A stretch of DNA of 64,000 nt from an uncultured SAR86 cluster bacterium. GTDB taxonomy: Bacteria > Pseudomonadota > Gammaproteobacteria > Magnimaribacterales > TMED112. The first letter of the stretch is position 1, and the number at the start of each line of letters is the position of its first letter. Below are positions 43,604 to 52,965 of this stretch, piece after piece. Location of the stretch: contig CACEYZ010000001.1 in NCBI GenBank assembly GCA_902563885.1, positions 40,013 to 104,012 of the forward strand, read 5' to 3'. The position numbers were made by a program, and so were the translations under genes. A model generated the notes under the pieces. That model was not told the DNA's origin, searched no databases, and saw only the letters and a program-made list of their open reading frames with translations.

Positions 43604-44791
43604 ATGAAAATACAAGTTTTAAATAATATTTCGAAAGCTGGATTAGATATTCTTGAAGAGAATAAATTTGTTATTTGTGGGGAGAATGAAGAAGACTTTT
43701 CAGGAATCGTTTTAAGAAGTAAAAATATATTTGAAGCCAAATATGAAAGAAGTTTATTTGCAATTTCAAGAGCAGGAGCCGGAACAAATAATATAAATGT
43801 TCAAAACTGTTCAGAAAAAGGAATAGTTGTTTTTAATACTCCTGGAGCAAACGCAAATGCAGTAAAAGAAATGGTTATTTGTGCCTTAATTCTTGGAAAA
43901 AGAGATTTAGTAACGGGCAATAGAACTCTTGACTCTATTGATATTGATGACTTGAATGATGATGAAGTTGCTGTGGAAATAGAGAGTATGAAAAAACAAT
44001 TTGTTGGGCAAGAGGTAAGCGAGAAAAAATTATGTGTTTTGGGTCTGGGTGCAATTGGTTCCCTTGTCGCAAGCCAAGCAACGAGTCTAGGGATGCAAGT
44101 TCAGGGATATGATCCAGGGCTAACAGTCGATGTTGCTTTAGGCTTGCCATCAACTTTAATTAGATGCAACTCAATTGAAGAGGCTTTGAAAGACGCAGAT
44201 TACGTATCCTTACATATTCCACTAAATGGTGAAACCAAGGGAATGATAAATAAAAAAATCTTCAATTCTTTTAAAAAGGATTGTGTGCTTGTTAATTTTT
44301 CAAGAGGAGGCATAGTGCATGAGGAAGATCTGATTGATGCTCTCGAAAAAGAGCAAATTTATAAATACATAACAGATTTTCCTACTAAAAAACTTTTGCA
44401 AAGGTTGAAAAGTAAAAAAGATATTATTATTTTTCCTCATCTTGGAGCAAGCACAAAAGAAAGTGAAGAGAATTGTGCCAGGATGGCATGTATGCAAATA
44501 TCTAATTTTTTAAAATTTGGGAAAATAGAAAATAGTGTTAACTTTCCAAACATTAACTCTGATACTATTGCGAAGCATAGAATTTTCATAACGAATAAAA
44601 ATCATCCGGGCATTATTAGTCAAGTTGCTGAAACTCTAGCAAATGAAAAGATAAATATTCTAGAATTTGTGAACAAAAGCAGAGGAGAATTTGCTTGTAA
44701 TATTATCGACTCTGATGAAAAGTTCGACGATCAAACAATTTCTAAACTTCTTAACATAAACGGAGTTACAAATGCCAGAGTATGTTACTAA
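43604..44791 (+). CDS. serA: D-3-phosphoglycerate dehydrogenase (short type with C-terminal ACT domain)
   Basis: D-isomer 2-hydroxyacid dehydrogenase fold (GLGAIGS NAD motif, SRGG, HLGAST) plus an ACT-like regulatory domain of about 70 aa. Confidence 0.75.
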   Translation: MKIQVLNNISKAGLDILEENKFVICGENEEDFSGIVLRSKNIFEAKYERSLFAISRAGAGTNNINVQNCSEKGIVVFNTPGANANAVKEMVICALILGKRDLVTGNRTLDSIDIDDLNDDEVAVEIESMKKQFVGQEVSEKKLCVLGLGAIGSLVASQATSLGMQVQGYDPGLTVDVALGLPSTLIRCNSIEEALKDADYVSLHIPLNGETKGMINKKIFNSFKKDCVLVNFSRGGIVHEEDLIDALEKEQIYKYITDFPTKKLLQRLKSKKDIIIFPHLGASTKESEENCARMACMQISNFLKFGKIENSVNFPNINSDTIAKHRIFITNKNHPGIISQVAETLANEKINILEFVNKSRGEFACNIIDSDEKFDDQTISKLLNINGVTNARVCY

Positions 44792-45015
44792 AAAAACAGG
44801 GTTTTTTTTGTTAAAAACTGTTGATTTTCTCACAAGACCATAAACTGCCCTATTTTACAAAGGAAAATTGGAGTTAAGATATATTATTTTGATATGAAAT
44901 CTCTGAAAAGCCCATTTTAACTGGTTTTTTTTATATTGATTAAAAATTATACAAATTCATCAAAGCCTGTGCTTCATGAAGGGTTTATGAAATTTTCAGG
45001 CACTTTTCCCCAAAG

Positions 45016-45038
45016 TTATCCACAGTTTTTGTGGATAA
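45016..45038. promoter_or_regulatory. inverted pair of perfect consensus DnaA boxes
   Basis: TTATCCACA gtttt TGTGGATAA: two 9/9 consensus boxes forming a 23-bp palindrome, 25 nt upstream of the ung ATG. Confidence 0.5.
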
Positions 45039-45062
45039 AAAAAATGTGTTATTTTTAAGTAA

Positions 45063-45725
45063 ATGAATGACATTCTTTCTTGGCAAAATTTTATTAATCA
45101 AGAGACTAAAAAACCCTATTTCAAGGAAATTAAAACCTCTATAATTAAATCAAACAGGGCTGGCAATAATATATTTCCACCACCAAAAGATTTTTTCAAA
45201 GCTTTTGAAAAGTGTGATTATGAGACAACTAAAATTGTAATTATTGGGCAAGATCCATACCCAACAGTTGGCGTAGCTAATGGTTTGGCATTTTCTGTAA
45301 ATAAAAATATAAAAATACCTGCATCACTAAAAAATATATTTAAAGAAATCGAAGATGATTTAAAAATTGTGAATAATCATGGAGATTTAACATCATGGGC
45401 AGAGCAGGGAGTTCTTCTTCTTAATGTAAATTTGTCAGTAGTCGAAGGAAAGCCTGGCTCTCATTCAAAAATTGGATGGGAAAAATTCACCGATTTAGTA
45501 ATTTCAAAGATACAAAAGAAAGGCTCAATTATTTTTTTACTTTGGGGAAATTATGCAAAGACAAAAAAAAGTCTTATTGGCAAAAACAATTACATTCTCG
45601 AAGCAGCTCATCCTTCTCCATTGTCTGCACATAATGGCTTTTTTGGATGTAAGCACTTTTCAAAAGCAAATAAAATTTTACTGAATGAGGGAATTAAACC
45701 CATTGACTGGCAACTGGGAGAATAA
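45063..45725 (+). CDS. ung: uracil-DNA glycosylase
   Basis: GQDPYP water-activating loop, LLLN, and the HPSPLSA motif. 220 aa. Confidence 0.95.
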   Translation: MNDILSWQNFINQETKKPYFKEIKTSIIKSNRAGNNIFPPPKDFFKAFEKCDYETTKIVIIGQDPYPTVGVANGLAFSVNKNIKIPASLKNIFKEIEDDLKIVNNHGDLTSWAEQGVLLLNVNLSVVEGKPGSHSKIGWEKFTDLVISKIQKKGSIIFLLWGNYAKTKKSLIGKNNYILEAAHPSPLSAHNGFFGCKHFSKANKILLNEGIKPIDWQLGE

Positions 45726-46422
45726 TTTTATCTTTATGGTAAAAATTTAAATCTTCAACAAAAAATTGTACAAATTCCTCTTTTCCAAGTGTTTTTGTAA
45801 ATATTTTTTCTCCGATTTTTCTTCCATTTGAATCATTTAAAATTTCTAATTCCTTTTGCTTAAAAACAACACATTTCCTTTTAGTTTTTGCAAGATAATT
45901 AAGTCTTGATATTACTTCTTGACCTCTATAGCATCCTTTTTCAAATGAGACAAAATCTTTGAAGGTGTATCCAAGCTGTGTTGGTCTATGCTTGCAACTA
46001 ACTTGGCCATCAATATCAATACAAAAGTTAAAAATTTGCTCTCTATCCCACTCTTGTTGTGATAACAAGTCTTCTTTTTTACCTAAACATTTTTCAAAAA
46101 CTCTGTTTGAAATTTTCCCAAAAGCATGAGCTTTATCAGTTTTAATTGAACATTTATAAAATTTGCTATATTTCGATAGTTCATTCTCCAAAATTTTTGC
46201 TACATCATCTTTAATTAAAATTTTAATATTTTCCTCTAAAAAAAGTGTTGCATTTGTTATCACATAACCTTTTTCATCACAAAACAGGCCATCTATTTTT
46301 TCTCGTTGAGAGTTTATATCACATGAAACTTGGCCCTGAATAAACTCATAAGACCTTTCTCCTTTTACAGTCATAAGGCTATAATCTTTTAATTGATAGT
46401 ACTTTTCAGTTATGGAAGACAT
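45694..46422 (-). CDS. ygfZ: tRNA-modifying folate-binding protein YgfZ
   Basis: GERSYEFIQGQVSCDI near the N-terminus and the KGCYRGQE signature. Start set at MSSITEKYY (46422). The further 72 codons in the track ORF are antisense to sdhE. Confidence 0.8.
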   Translation of the reverse strand: MSSITEKYYQLKDYSLMTVKGERSYEFIQGQVSCDINSQREKIDGLFCDEKGYVITNATLFLEENIKILIKDDVAKILENELSKYSKFYKCSIKTDKAHAFGKISNRVFEKCLGKKEDLLSQQEWDREQIFNFCIDIDGQVSCKHRPTQLGYTFKDFVSFEKGCYRGQEVISRLNYLAKTKRKCVVFKQKELEILNDSNGRKIGEKIFTKTLGKEEFVQFFVEDLNFYHKDKIILPVASQWV

Positions 46423-46645
46423 GTTGTTCAAAAAACTAAATTTTAAATCAAGAAGAGGCATGAAGGAAACAACTGAAATTATAAAGAAGTTTCTATTGTC
46501 ATATGAACGTTTGAATATTGAACAAAAAAATGAACTAAGCGAATTAATAGAATTAGATGACCAAAAAATTTTTGACCTTTTTTTTATAAAAAAAAATGAG
46601 TTTGAACTAAAATATCCAAATCTTAAAAAAATGATCAATGATTGA
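46412..46645 (+). CDS. sdhE: FAD assembly factor SdhE (YgfY)
   Basis: 77 aa with the conserved RRGMKE motif and LIELDDQKIFD (the D.DL..W region). Divergent from ygfZ as in E. coli. The start is either 46412 or 46421. Confidence 0.8.
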   Translation: MEDMLFKKLNFKSRRGMKETTEIIKKFLLSYERLNIEQKNELSELIELDDQKIFDLFFIKKNEFELKYPNLKKMIND

Positions 46646-46670
46646 ACTTTTTAAGTAAATTACAATCAAA
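46643..46670 (+). promoter_or_regulatory. sigma-E (ECF) type promoter directly upstream of rpoE
   Basis: TGAACTT (46643-46649), 16 nt spacer, then TCAAA (46666-46670), compared with consensus GGAACTT-N16-TCAAA. The -10 element ends 7 nt before the rpoE ATG. Confidence 0.6.
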
Positions 46671-46677
46671 GCTTTAT

Positions 46678-47211
46678 ATGAAAAAAAATAATGTTGATAA
46701 TTTAGTCCAGCTTTCGAGAGAAGGCGATTCTGCGGCTTTTGAAATCCTGTTTTCAACTTTTAAAAGTAGGTTGCATAATTCTCTTTTTAAAATTCTCAGA
46801 AACTTCCATGAAACCGAGGATATTGTTCAGCAGTCTTTTATTCGTGCGTGGGAAAAGATCGAGACATTTAAAGGAAATTCAAATTTTTATACTTGGCTCT
46901 ATAGAATAGGGTTCAATCTTGCGATTACAAAAATAAATTCCTCGAAAGAAGTTCAAATTGATGAGGGTTTTGAAAGTACACTAAATTCTAACGAAAATAT
47001 AATCGAAGACTTCGAAACAAAAGAATTATCTCAACAAGTTCAACATCTTTTAAAGCAAATTCCAGAAGAGCAGAGGACAGCATATGTCTTGTGCGAAATT
47101 GATGATAAAAATTATGATGAAATAGCGTTAATTACTAATGTTCCAGTAGGGACAGTTAGGTCAAGAATCTTCAGGGCAAGGAAGTTTTTAATGGAGAATA
47201 TAAAAATATGA
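46678..47211 (+). CDS. rpoE: ECF RNA polymerase sigma factor RpoE/AlgU
   Basis: Aligns by eye with E. coli RpoE from the N-terminus (GDS.AF..L) through FYTWLYRI to PVGTVRSRIFRAR. The ATG at 46678 is preferred over the TTG at 46642. Confidence 0.9.
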   Translation: MKKNNVDNLVQLSREGDSAAFEILFSTFKSRLHNSLFKILRNFHETEDIVQQSFIRAWEKIETFKGNSNFYTWLYRIGFNLAITKINSSKEVQIDEGFESTLNSNENIIEDFETKELSQQVQHLLKQIPEEQRTAYVLCEIDDKNYDEIALITNVPVGTVRSRIFRARKFLMENIKI

Positions 47212-47951
47212 GTCAAGTAATAAGTGATTACCAATTAATGAAAATTTCCTCATTTATTGACGGTGAGCTTGAAACCAAAGAAATTAAGGAGCTTCTTCGC
47301 GAGATGGATAAAAATCCAAACTTGAAAGATGCTTATTTTAAGTTGTTTGATTTAAGCTTGGCTTCAAAAGAACTTACAAATACCAGTATTAAAAAAAACA
47401 TCAAAAATTTATCTATTTCTTCAATTATTTCTTACCTGAATCAAAGACTTGTTTTGCCCTTATCTGTTTTTTTTCTAGGTGTATTTTTAAGTTACACCGT
47501 CGTAGACAGAGCTATTAAACAAGAGGGCAACGATGAAGCATCGGCACTTATTGTCAAAGCAACAAAATCTATAGAAGCAAAACGTACTTTGGAAAATTTG
47601 CAGAACAATGAAATTTTGAGATTTGCAGCAAGGCACTATAGCCCTACACAGGGAGGTGCTGCAGAAATTACGATGCCTGTAAGCTATTCTCCAAATTGGG
47701 TACCTAATGGATTTAAAAATGATCCTTCATCAAAAAATAGATTCATCAACTCAGTAAAAAGAAAAGAATTTTCAATCTTTATAAACCTTCCTAGAAATTC
47801 ATCTTTACCAGATGGTGAATACAAAAGAGAAAACTTTGTTTTATTAAAGAAAACCTATGTACACAACAACAGAGCACACAGCATTGCAGTTTTTGGTGAC
47901 ATAGATATTGATTCTGGAAAGAAAATCCTTAACTCAATTCAAATTAATTAA
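47208..47951 (+). CDS. RseA/MucA-like anti-sigma-E factor with RseB/MucB C-terminal-like periplasmic domain
   Basis: N-terminal anti-sigma segment (ISSFIDGEL), one TM (residues about 81-99), and a periplasmic part. The last 90 aa or so resemble the RseB C-terminal domain (W.P.GF; FS.F.N; I...G.......K.I..SI). No separate rseB or rseC gene follows. Confidence 0.6.
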   Translation: MSQVISDYQLMKISSFIDGELETKEIKELLREMDKNPNLKDAYFKLFDLSLASKELTNTSIKKNIKNLSISSIISYLNQRLVLPLSVFFLGVFLSYTVVDRAIKQEGNDEASALIVKATKSIEAKRTLENLQNNEILRFAARHYSPTQGGAAEITMPVSYSPNWVPNGFKNDPSSKNRFINSVKRKEFSIFINLPRNSSLPDGEYKRENFVLLKKTYVHNNRAHSIAVFGDIDIDSGKKILNSIQIN

Positions 47952-47952
47952 A

Positions 47953-49344
47953 ATGAAAAAAGTATTTTTGCTTCTCGCATCCCTTCTATCGATATATGTT
48001 TTTTCAGATCGTCTTGATTTTTCTGAACTTGTTAAGAAACAATCAAATTCAGTAGTGAATATTCAGGCAACTAGAAAAGTCTACTCAAATCGAAGCTCAA
48101 TGGGTTCATTTCCTAACGATATTTTTAGAGAATTTGGTTTCCCACTTCCTGAATTTGAAGAACCTAGGAGGCAACCAAGAGAGGCTACTAGTTCGGGCTC
48201 AGGTTTTCTAATAGATAATGATGGATTTTTAATTACAAATTTTCATGTTGTTCAAGATGCAGACGAAGTTATAGTTAGATTTCTAGATAGAAGGGAGTTT
48301 ACAGCAGAGATCATTGGAACTGATGAATTAAGTGATATAGCTCTATTAAAAATATCGATAAACAATAGTTCTCCAGTTTTAATTGGTAACTCGGATAACG
48401 TTGAACAGGGAGATGGTGTAATTGCCATTGGTTCACCTTATAACTACGATTTTTCAGCCACATTTGGAATAATTAGTTCCACTAACAGAGGCATCTCTTC
48501 AAGAGCAGGAATTGGAGACTATGTTCCTTATTTCCAAACTGATGCTGCTGTTAATAGAGGAAATTCAGGAGGCCCATTATTCAATCTTGATGGTGAAGTA
48601 ATAGGTATTAATTCGCAAATATATTCAAGGTCTGGAGGCAATGAAGGTCTTGCTTTTGCCATACCAATTAATGTTGCTTTAGAGGTTGTAGATCAACTTA
48701 AAGCAAAAGGAAAGGTTTCGAGAGGATATTTAGGAGTACAAGGACAAGAGGTTTCAAGTGATCTTGCGGAAGCATTAGGAATGGATAAACCAATTGGCGC
48801 TCTTGTGAGTTTTGTTTTGGAGGGTGAAGCTGCTGAAAAGGCAGGAATTAGACCTGGAGACGTAATTGTAGAAATAGATAGAAAAGAAATTGTGTATTTC
48901 AAAGATTTACAGCACACAATTGGAAGAACTCAACCAGGATCTTCTGTAAGAGCAAAAATATTTAGAGATGGAAAATACAGGAACATCAATGTTAGAGTTG
49001 GTGAATTACCAGTTGATGAAGTTGAGCAGATTGAAGAAGAATCGCCTCAAAAACCTACATATCCTCTAGGAATTCGTCTTGGAGAGTTAGATAAAGATCA
49101 AACAGACACTGAATTGCCAGAAAATGGTGTCAGAGTCTTACAAGTGTATTTTAATTCACCTGCATATGGACAATTATTTAGAGGAGATGTAATTACTCAA
49201 ATTAAATATAAAGGCAAAACTTTTAAAATATCAAAAATAAGCGATTTTAGTGCTGCACTTGAATCATTTTCTAAAGGTGACAAAATAGCGGTGTTTGGAG
49301 TAAGAAATAGCTCAAACATTATTGTTTCCTTGACAGTTGAGTAA
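47953..49344 (+). CDS. periplasmic serine endoprotease DegP/MucD (HtrA family)
   Basis: Signal peptide, trypsin-like domain with GNSGGPL, and two PDZ domains. Position after rpoE-rseA matches algU-mucA-mucB-mucD. The ATG at 47953 is preferred. Confidence 0.9.
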   Translation: MKKVFLLLASLLSIYVFSDRLDFSELVKKQSNSVVNIQATRKVYSNRSSMGSFPNDIFREFGFPLPEFEEPRRQPREATSSGSGFLIDNDGFLITNFHVVQDADEVIVRFLDRREFTAEIIGTDELSDIALLKISINNSSPVLIGNSDNVEQGDGVIAIGSPYNYDFSATFGIISSTNRGISSRAGIGDYVPYFQTDAAVNRGNSGGPLFNLDGEVIGINSQIYSRSGGNEGLAFAIPINVALEVVDQLKAKGKVSRGYLGVQGQEVSSDLAEALGMDKPIGALVSFVLEGEAAEKAGIRPGDVIVEIDRKEIVYFKDLQHTIGRTQPGSSVRAKIFRDGKYRNINVRVGELPVDEVEQIEEESPQKPTYPLGIRLGELDKDQTDTELPENGVRVLQVYFNSPAYGQLFRGDVITQIKYKGKTFKISKISDFSAALESFSKGDKIAVFGVRNSSNIIVSLTVE

Positions 49345-51127
49345 TATAAGAAATTTTTCAATCATCGCCCATATTGATCATGGGAAATCTACTCTTTCAG
49401 ACAGAATAATCGAACTTTGTGGTGGTCTTTCAAAAAGAGAGATGAAATCACAAGTGTTGGATACGCTGGAACTTGAAAGAGAAAGAGGTATTACAATTAA
49501 GGCACAATCAGTTTCTTTGAAATATGAGTTCAGAGATCAGATTTATGAACTAAATCTTATTGATACACCTGGGCATGTTGATTTTTCATATGAAGTTTCT
49601 AGATCGCTTGCAGCATGCGAAGGTGCACTACTTGTTGTTGATGGGTCGCAGGGTGTTGAGGCGCAAACCTTATCAACTTGTTATAAAGCTATCGATTTAG
49701 GTTTGCAAGTAATACCAGTAATAAATAAAATTGATCTGCCTCAATCTGATCCAGAACAGGTGAAAAAAGAAATTGAAGAGATAATAGGAATTGATGCATC
49801 TGAAGCATTATCTGTGAGTGCGAAAGATGGAACTGGTCTTGAAGAATTACTGCAACAGATAGTTGAAGAAATTCCTGAGCCGAATGTTTTAAATGAGGAA
49901 AATCTACAGGCCTTGATTATTGACTCATGGTATGACAACTACTTAGGTGTTGTATCTTTAATTCGTATATTTAGCGGAAAGGTAAATAAAGGAGACAAAT
50001 TTATTGTTAAATCTACCGGGCAAACCTTTACTGCTGAAAGTCTTGGTAAATTTACACCAAAAGAGGAAGCAACCGATTATTTGTCAGAGGGAGAGGTTGG
50101 TTTTTTAATAGCAAATGTAAAAGATCTTAAATCAGTACCAGTAGGGGATACGTTAGTATTATCTAAATTTCCAGAGACCCATGCATTAGACGGTTTTGAA
50201 GAAGCTAAACCACAAGTATACGCTTCATTTTACCCAGTAGATTCAAATGAATATCAGTCCTTTAGAGAAGCTCTTCAAAAACTTAATCTTAATGACGCAG
50301 CTTTGACATTTGAGCCAGAAAGTTCAGATGTTCTAGGAAGTGGCTTTCGATGTGGTTTTCTAGGAAGTCTTCACATGGAAGTAATTAAGGAGCGATTAGA
50401 AAGAGAATACTCTTTAGAGCTTATAACAACAGCACCAAGTGTGTCGTATGAAATTCTAAAAACAAATGGTGAAGAAATAGAAGTTAATTCACCTTCTGAA
50501 CTTCCAACTCCTAATGAAATTTCTGAAATTAGGGAGCCAATAATTAAAACAACAATCTTATGTCCTGATAAATATGTTGGCGATATCATAGAGCTAGCAA
50601 TTTCTAAAAGAGGAGTTCAAAAAAATTTACAATATTTAGGTGGGCAGGTTTCAATAATTTTTGATCTTCCCTTGTCTGAAATAGTTATGGATTTTTTTGA
50701 TTTGCTTAAATCCAAAAGCCAAGGTTATGCATCTGTAGATTTTTCATTTGATAGATATGAAAAATCAGAGCTAGTAAAAATTGATGTTGCTGTAAATGGT
50801 GTAAAGGTTGATTCTCTTTCTTCAATTCTTCATAAAAATGATTCGCAAAGAAAAGGCAGAGATATAGCGAAAAGATTAAGAGAAGTTATTCCAAGACAAA
50901 TGTTTGAAATTCCAATACAGATAATGCAAGGTAGTAAGATTATAGCCAGAGAAAGTGTAAAAGCATTTAGAAAAAATGTAACTGCTAAGCTTTATGGTGG
51001 TGATGTCACCAGAAAAAAGAAATTGTTGGAAAAACAAAAAGCAGGAAAGAAAAAAATGAAGCATATTGGTAAAGTTGCACTTCCACAAGAAGCGTTTCTA
51101 AGCTTTCTTTCATCAGACAAAAAATAA
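49337..51127 (+). CDS. lepA: translation elongation factor 4 (LepA)
   Basis: [24 protein letters not shown] and NKID GTPase motifs, plus the LepA C-terminal domain. TTG start. Confidence 0.96.
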   Translation: MSNIRNFSIIAHIDHGKSTLSDRIIELCGGLSKREMKSQVLDTLELERERGITIKAQSVSLKYEFRDQIYELNLIDTPGHVDFSYEVSRSLAACEGALLVVDGSQGVEAQTLSTCYKAIDLGLQVIPVINKIDLPQSDPEQVKKEIEEIIGIDASEALSVSAKDGTGLEELLQQIVEEIPEPNVLNEENLQALIIDSWYDNYLGVVSLIRIFSGKVNKGDKFIVKSTGQTFTAESLGKFTPKEEATDYLSEGEVGFLIANVKDLKSVPVGDTLVLSKFPETHALDGFEEAKPQVYASFYPVDSNEYQSFREALQKLNLNDAALTFEPESSDVLGSGFRCGFLGSLHMEVIKERLEREYSLELITTAPSVSYEILKTNGEEIEVNSPSELPTPNEISEIREPIIKTTILCPDKYVGDIIELAISKRGVQKNLQYLGGQVSIIFDLPLSEIVMDFFDLLKSKSQGYASVDFSFDRYEKSELVKIDVAVNGVKVDSLSSILHKNDSQRKGRDIAKRLREVIPRQMFEIPIQIMQGSKIIARESVKAFRKNVTAKLYGGDVTRKKKLLEKQKAGKKKMKHIGKVALPQEAFLSFLSSDKK

Positions 51128-51129
51128 AA

Positions 51130-52038
51130 ATGAGCAGTATTTTTAGCATATTTGAACCAATATCCAACATATTCTTTTTTATATTATTTAATGGAGTTGT
51201 ATGCGGGATTTCAATTCATTGGGTTGTTTCAAAGCTCAATGGCACATTCAGCAAAAATCTTAATCGGATTTTTCAAAATTTAGCGCTAGTAGCATCTATT
51301 TTTGTAATTGCAATAATTTTCATAAAGCAATGGAATATTGGAGACTTATTGGCATTTTATGCGTTATTTTCAGCAGTATTATTTTCAGTATCTATTTATT
51401 TCGGCAATAAAGAAGTAATTAAAGAAACAAGAGGTTGGTTTATCAATATCTTTCTCATTTTTTTCATAAGGGGATATTTCTATGAGCCTTATCAAATTCC
51501 AAGTCAGTCAATGCGTCCCAATCTTAATGTTGGAGATTTTGTTCTTGTAAACCGTTTTGCTTATGGTTACGAAGTTCCCTTTACAAACAGATCTAAGGTA
51601 TTTCATAAAGATCCTGAAATAGGAGAAATTGTTGTTTTTTTTCCACCACATAAAACTAATACACCCTTTGTAAAAAGAGTAATAGCAAAAGGGGGCGATA
51701 CTGTAAAATATGTAAATAAAAAAATTTATATCAACGGTCTTCTGTATCAACAAGAAAATATTTCAAAGGACTTTGATGGCGCAAACATTTTTAATGAAAG
51801 TAACGGCTCTACCAATTACCTTATAAGAAAGTCAAATTCAAATTTGTCAAGAAACTCTGAATGGGTTGTTCCCGAAGGAAGTTTTTTTGTTGTTGGAGAT
51901 AATCGAGATAATTCAAGTGACAGCAGAGCATGGGGATTTGTTTCTGGAAAAAGTATTTGGGGCAGAGCAGATTATATCTGGTTAACTTGGGAAAGTTGGT
52001 CAGACATACCTAAATTAAAGTTTGAAGAGTTAAATTAA
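51130..52038 (+). CDS. lepB: signal peptidase I
   Basis: Catalytic SQSMRPNL serine box, the KRVIAKGGD lysine box, and GDNRDNSSDSR. Confidence 0.92.
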   Translation: MSSIFSIFEPISNIFFFILFNGVVCGISIHWVVSKLNGTFSKNLNRIFQNLALVASIFVIAIIFIKQWNIGDLLAFYALFSAVLFSVSIYFGNKEVIKETRGWFINIFLIFFIRGYFYEPYQIPSQSMRPNLNVGDFVLVNRFAYGYEVPFTNRSKVFHKDPEIGEIVVFFPPHKTNTPFVKRVIAKGGDTVKYVNKKIYINGLLYQQENISKDFDGANIFNESNGSTNYLIRKSNSNLSRNSEWVVPEGSFFVVGDNRDNSSDSRAWGFVSGKSIWGRADYIWLTWESWSDIPKLKFEELN

Positions 52039-52074
52039 TTTTTGATATAAATTTTTTTTGGGTATTATTTCCAA

Positions 52075-52965
52075 ATGAAAAGAAGTGGTTACATAGCTAT
52101 TATTGGCAAAACTAACGTTGGGAAATCAACGATACTCAACTCATTATCAGGAAAAAAAGTAACGATCACTTCAAAAAAACCACAAACTACCAGGTCAAAT
52201 ATTTTTTCTATGATCACGATAAATGACACTCAAATGGTTTTTATTGATACTCCAGGCTTGCATAAACAAAATAAAAAAAGATTGAATAAAGAATTAAGTA
52301 AAAGACCAAAGGAAGCCCTAGAAAATATAGATTTGGTGATTGCTGTTGTTGCAGGAACAAAATTTGATAAAACAGATAAAAAAGCTTTTGAAATAATAGA
52401 AAACGTAAATTCAAAAAAGATATTAGTAATTAACAAGATAGATTTGGTGAAGAATAAAAAAGATTTATTTCCTTTTACGGAAAAATTGAACGAAGAAATG
52501 CAATTTGACGCAATAGTACCTGTTTCAGCAACAAAAAATAATGGAGTAGAAATTCTTCTTAAAGAAATAAAGAATTATTTACCTGAGGGAGATTTTTTGT
52601 TTCCAGATGAGGGTTTTAATTTTCAATCAAAAGCATTTGAAATTTCAGAAATAATTAGAGAAAAGGTTATTAGACTTCTTGGTGATGAGCTTCCCTACGA
52701 GTCAGCTGTAATAGTTGATGAGATAGATGATCAAAAAGATTTGGTGAAACTAATTGGTTCAATAATTGTGGCTAAGAATTCTCAAAAAACAATTGTCATT
52801 GGAAAAAAAGGTGAAAAAATTAAAAGTATCAGCACTGCTGCAAGAAAAGAACTAGAGAATTATTTCGGGAAGAAAGTCTATCTAGAACTTTGGTGCAAAG
52901 TCCAAAAAAATTGGACAGATAATTCAAAAATTTTGGATGGTTTAGGAATTAAAAATAGGATATGA
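52075..52965 (+). CDS. era: GTPase Era
   Basis: GKTNVGKST P-loop, DTPG, NKID, and a C-terminal KH domain (VIGKKGEKIK). Confidence 0.94.
   Translation: MKRSGYIAIIGKTNVGKSTILNSLSGKKVTITSKKPQTTRSNIFSMITINDTQMVFIDTPGLHKQNKKRLNKELSKRPKEALENIDLVIAVVAGTKFDKTDKKAFEIIENVNSKKILVINKIDLVKNKKDLFPFTEKLNEEMQFDAIVPVSATKNNGVEILLKEIKNYLPEGDFLFPDEGFNFQSKAFEISEIIREKVIRLLGDELPYESAVIVDEIDDQKDLVKLIGSIIVAKNSQKTIVIGKKGEKIKSISTAARKELENYFGKKVYLELWCKVQKNWTDNSKILDGLGIKNRI

Noticed and set aside
44792-45062. 6S RNA (ssrS) or another sRNA in the serA-ung spacer, suggested by the serA-ygfA-ssrS proximity in E. coli
   Set aside because: I could find only 6-8-bp long-range complementarities. There was no closing stem or central-bubble architecture and no recognisable conserved 6S segments. 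It cannot be supported from sequence alone.
44792-45062. Chromosomal origin (oriC) at the DnaA-box palindrome
   Set aside because: Only two boxes are present. There are no AT-rich 13-mer-like repeats and no GATC clustering. No dnaA, gidA, rpmH or mioC neighbours are present, and gene orientation does not switch here. The idea is kept only as a DnaA-binding-site hypothesis.
46423-46638. 72-codon N-terminal extension of ygfZ in the ORF track
   Set aside because: It is antisense to the whole sdhE gene, has F/S-rich nonsense composition, and YgfZ homology begins at MSSITEKYY.
47890-47952. Sigma-E promoter upstream of degP/mucD (GGAAAGA-N16-TCAAA)
   Set aside because: The -35 element matches only 4 of 7 positions in an A-rich background. 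It is not distinguishable from chance.
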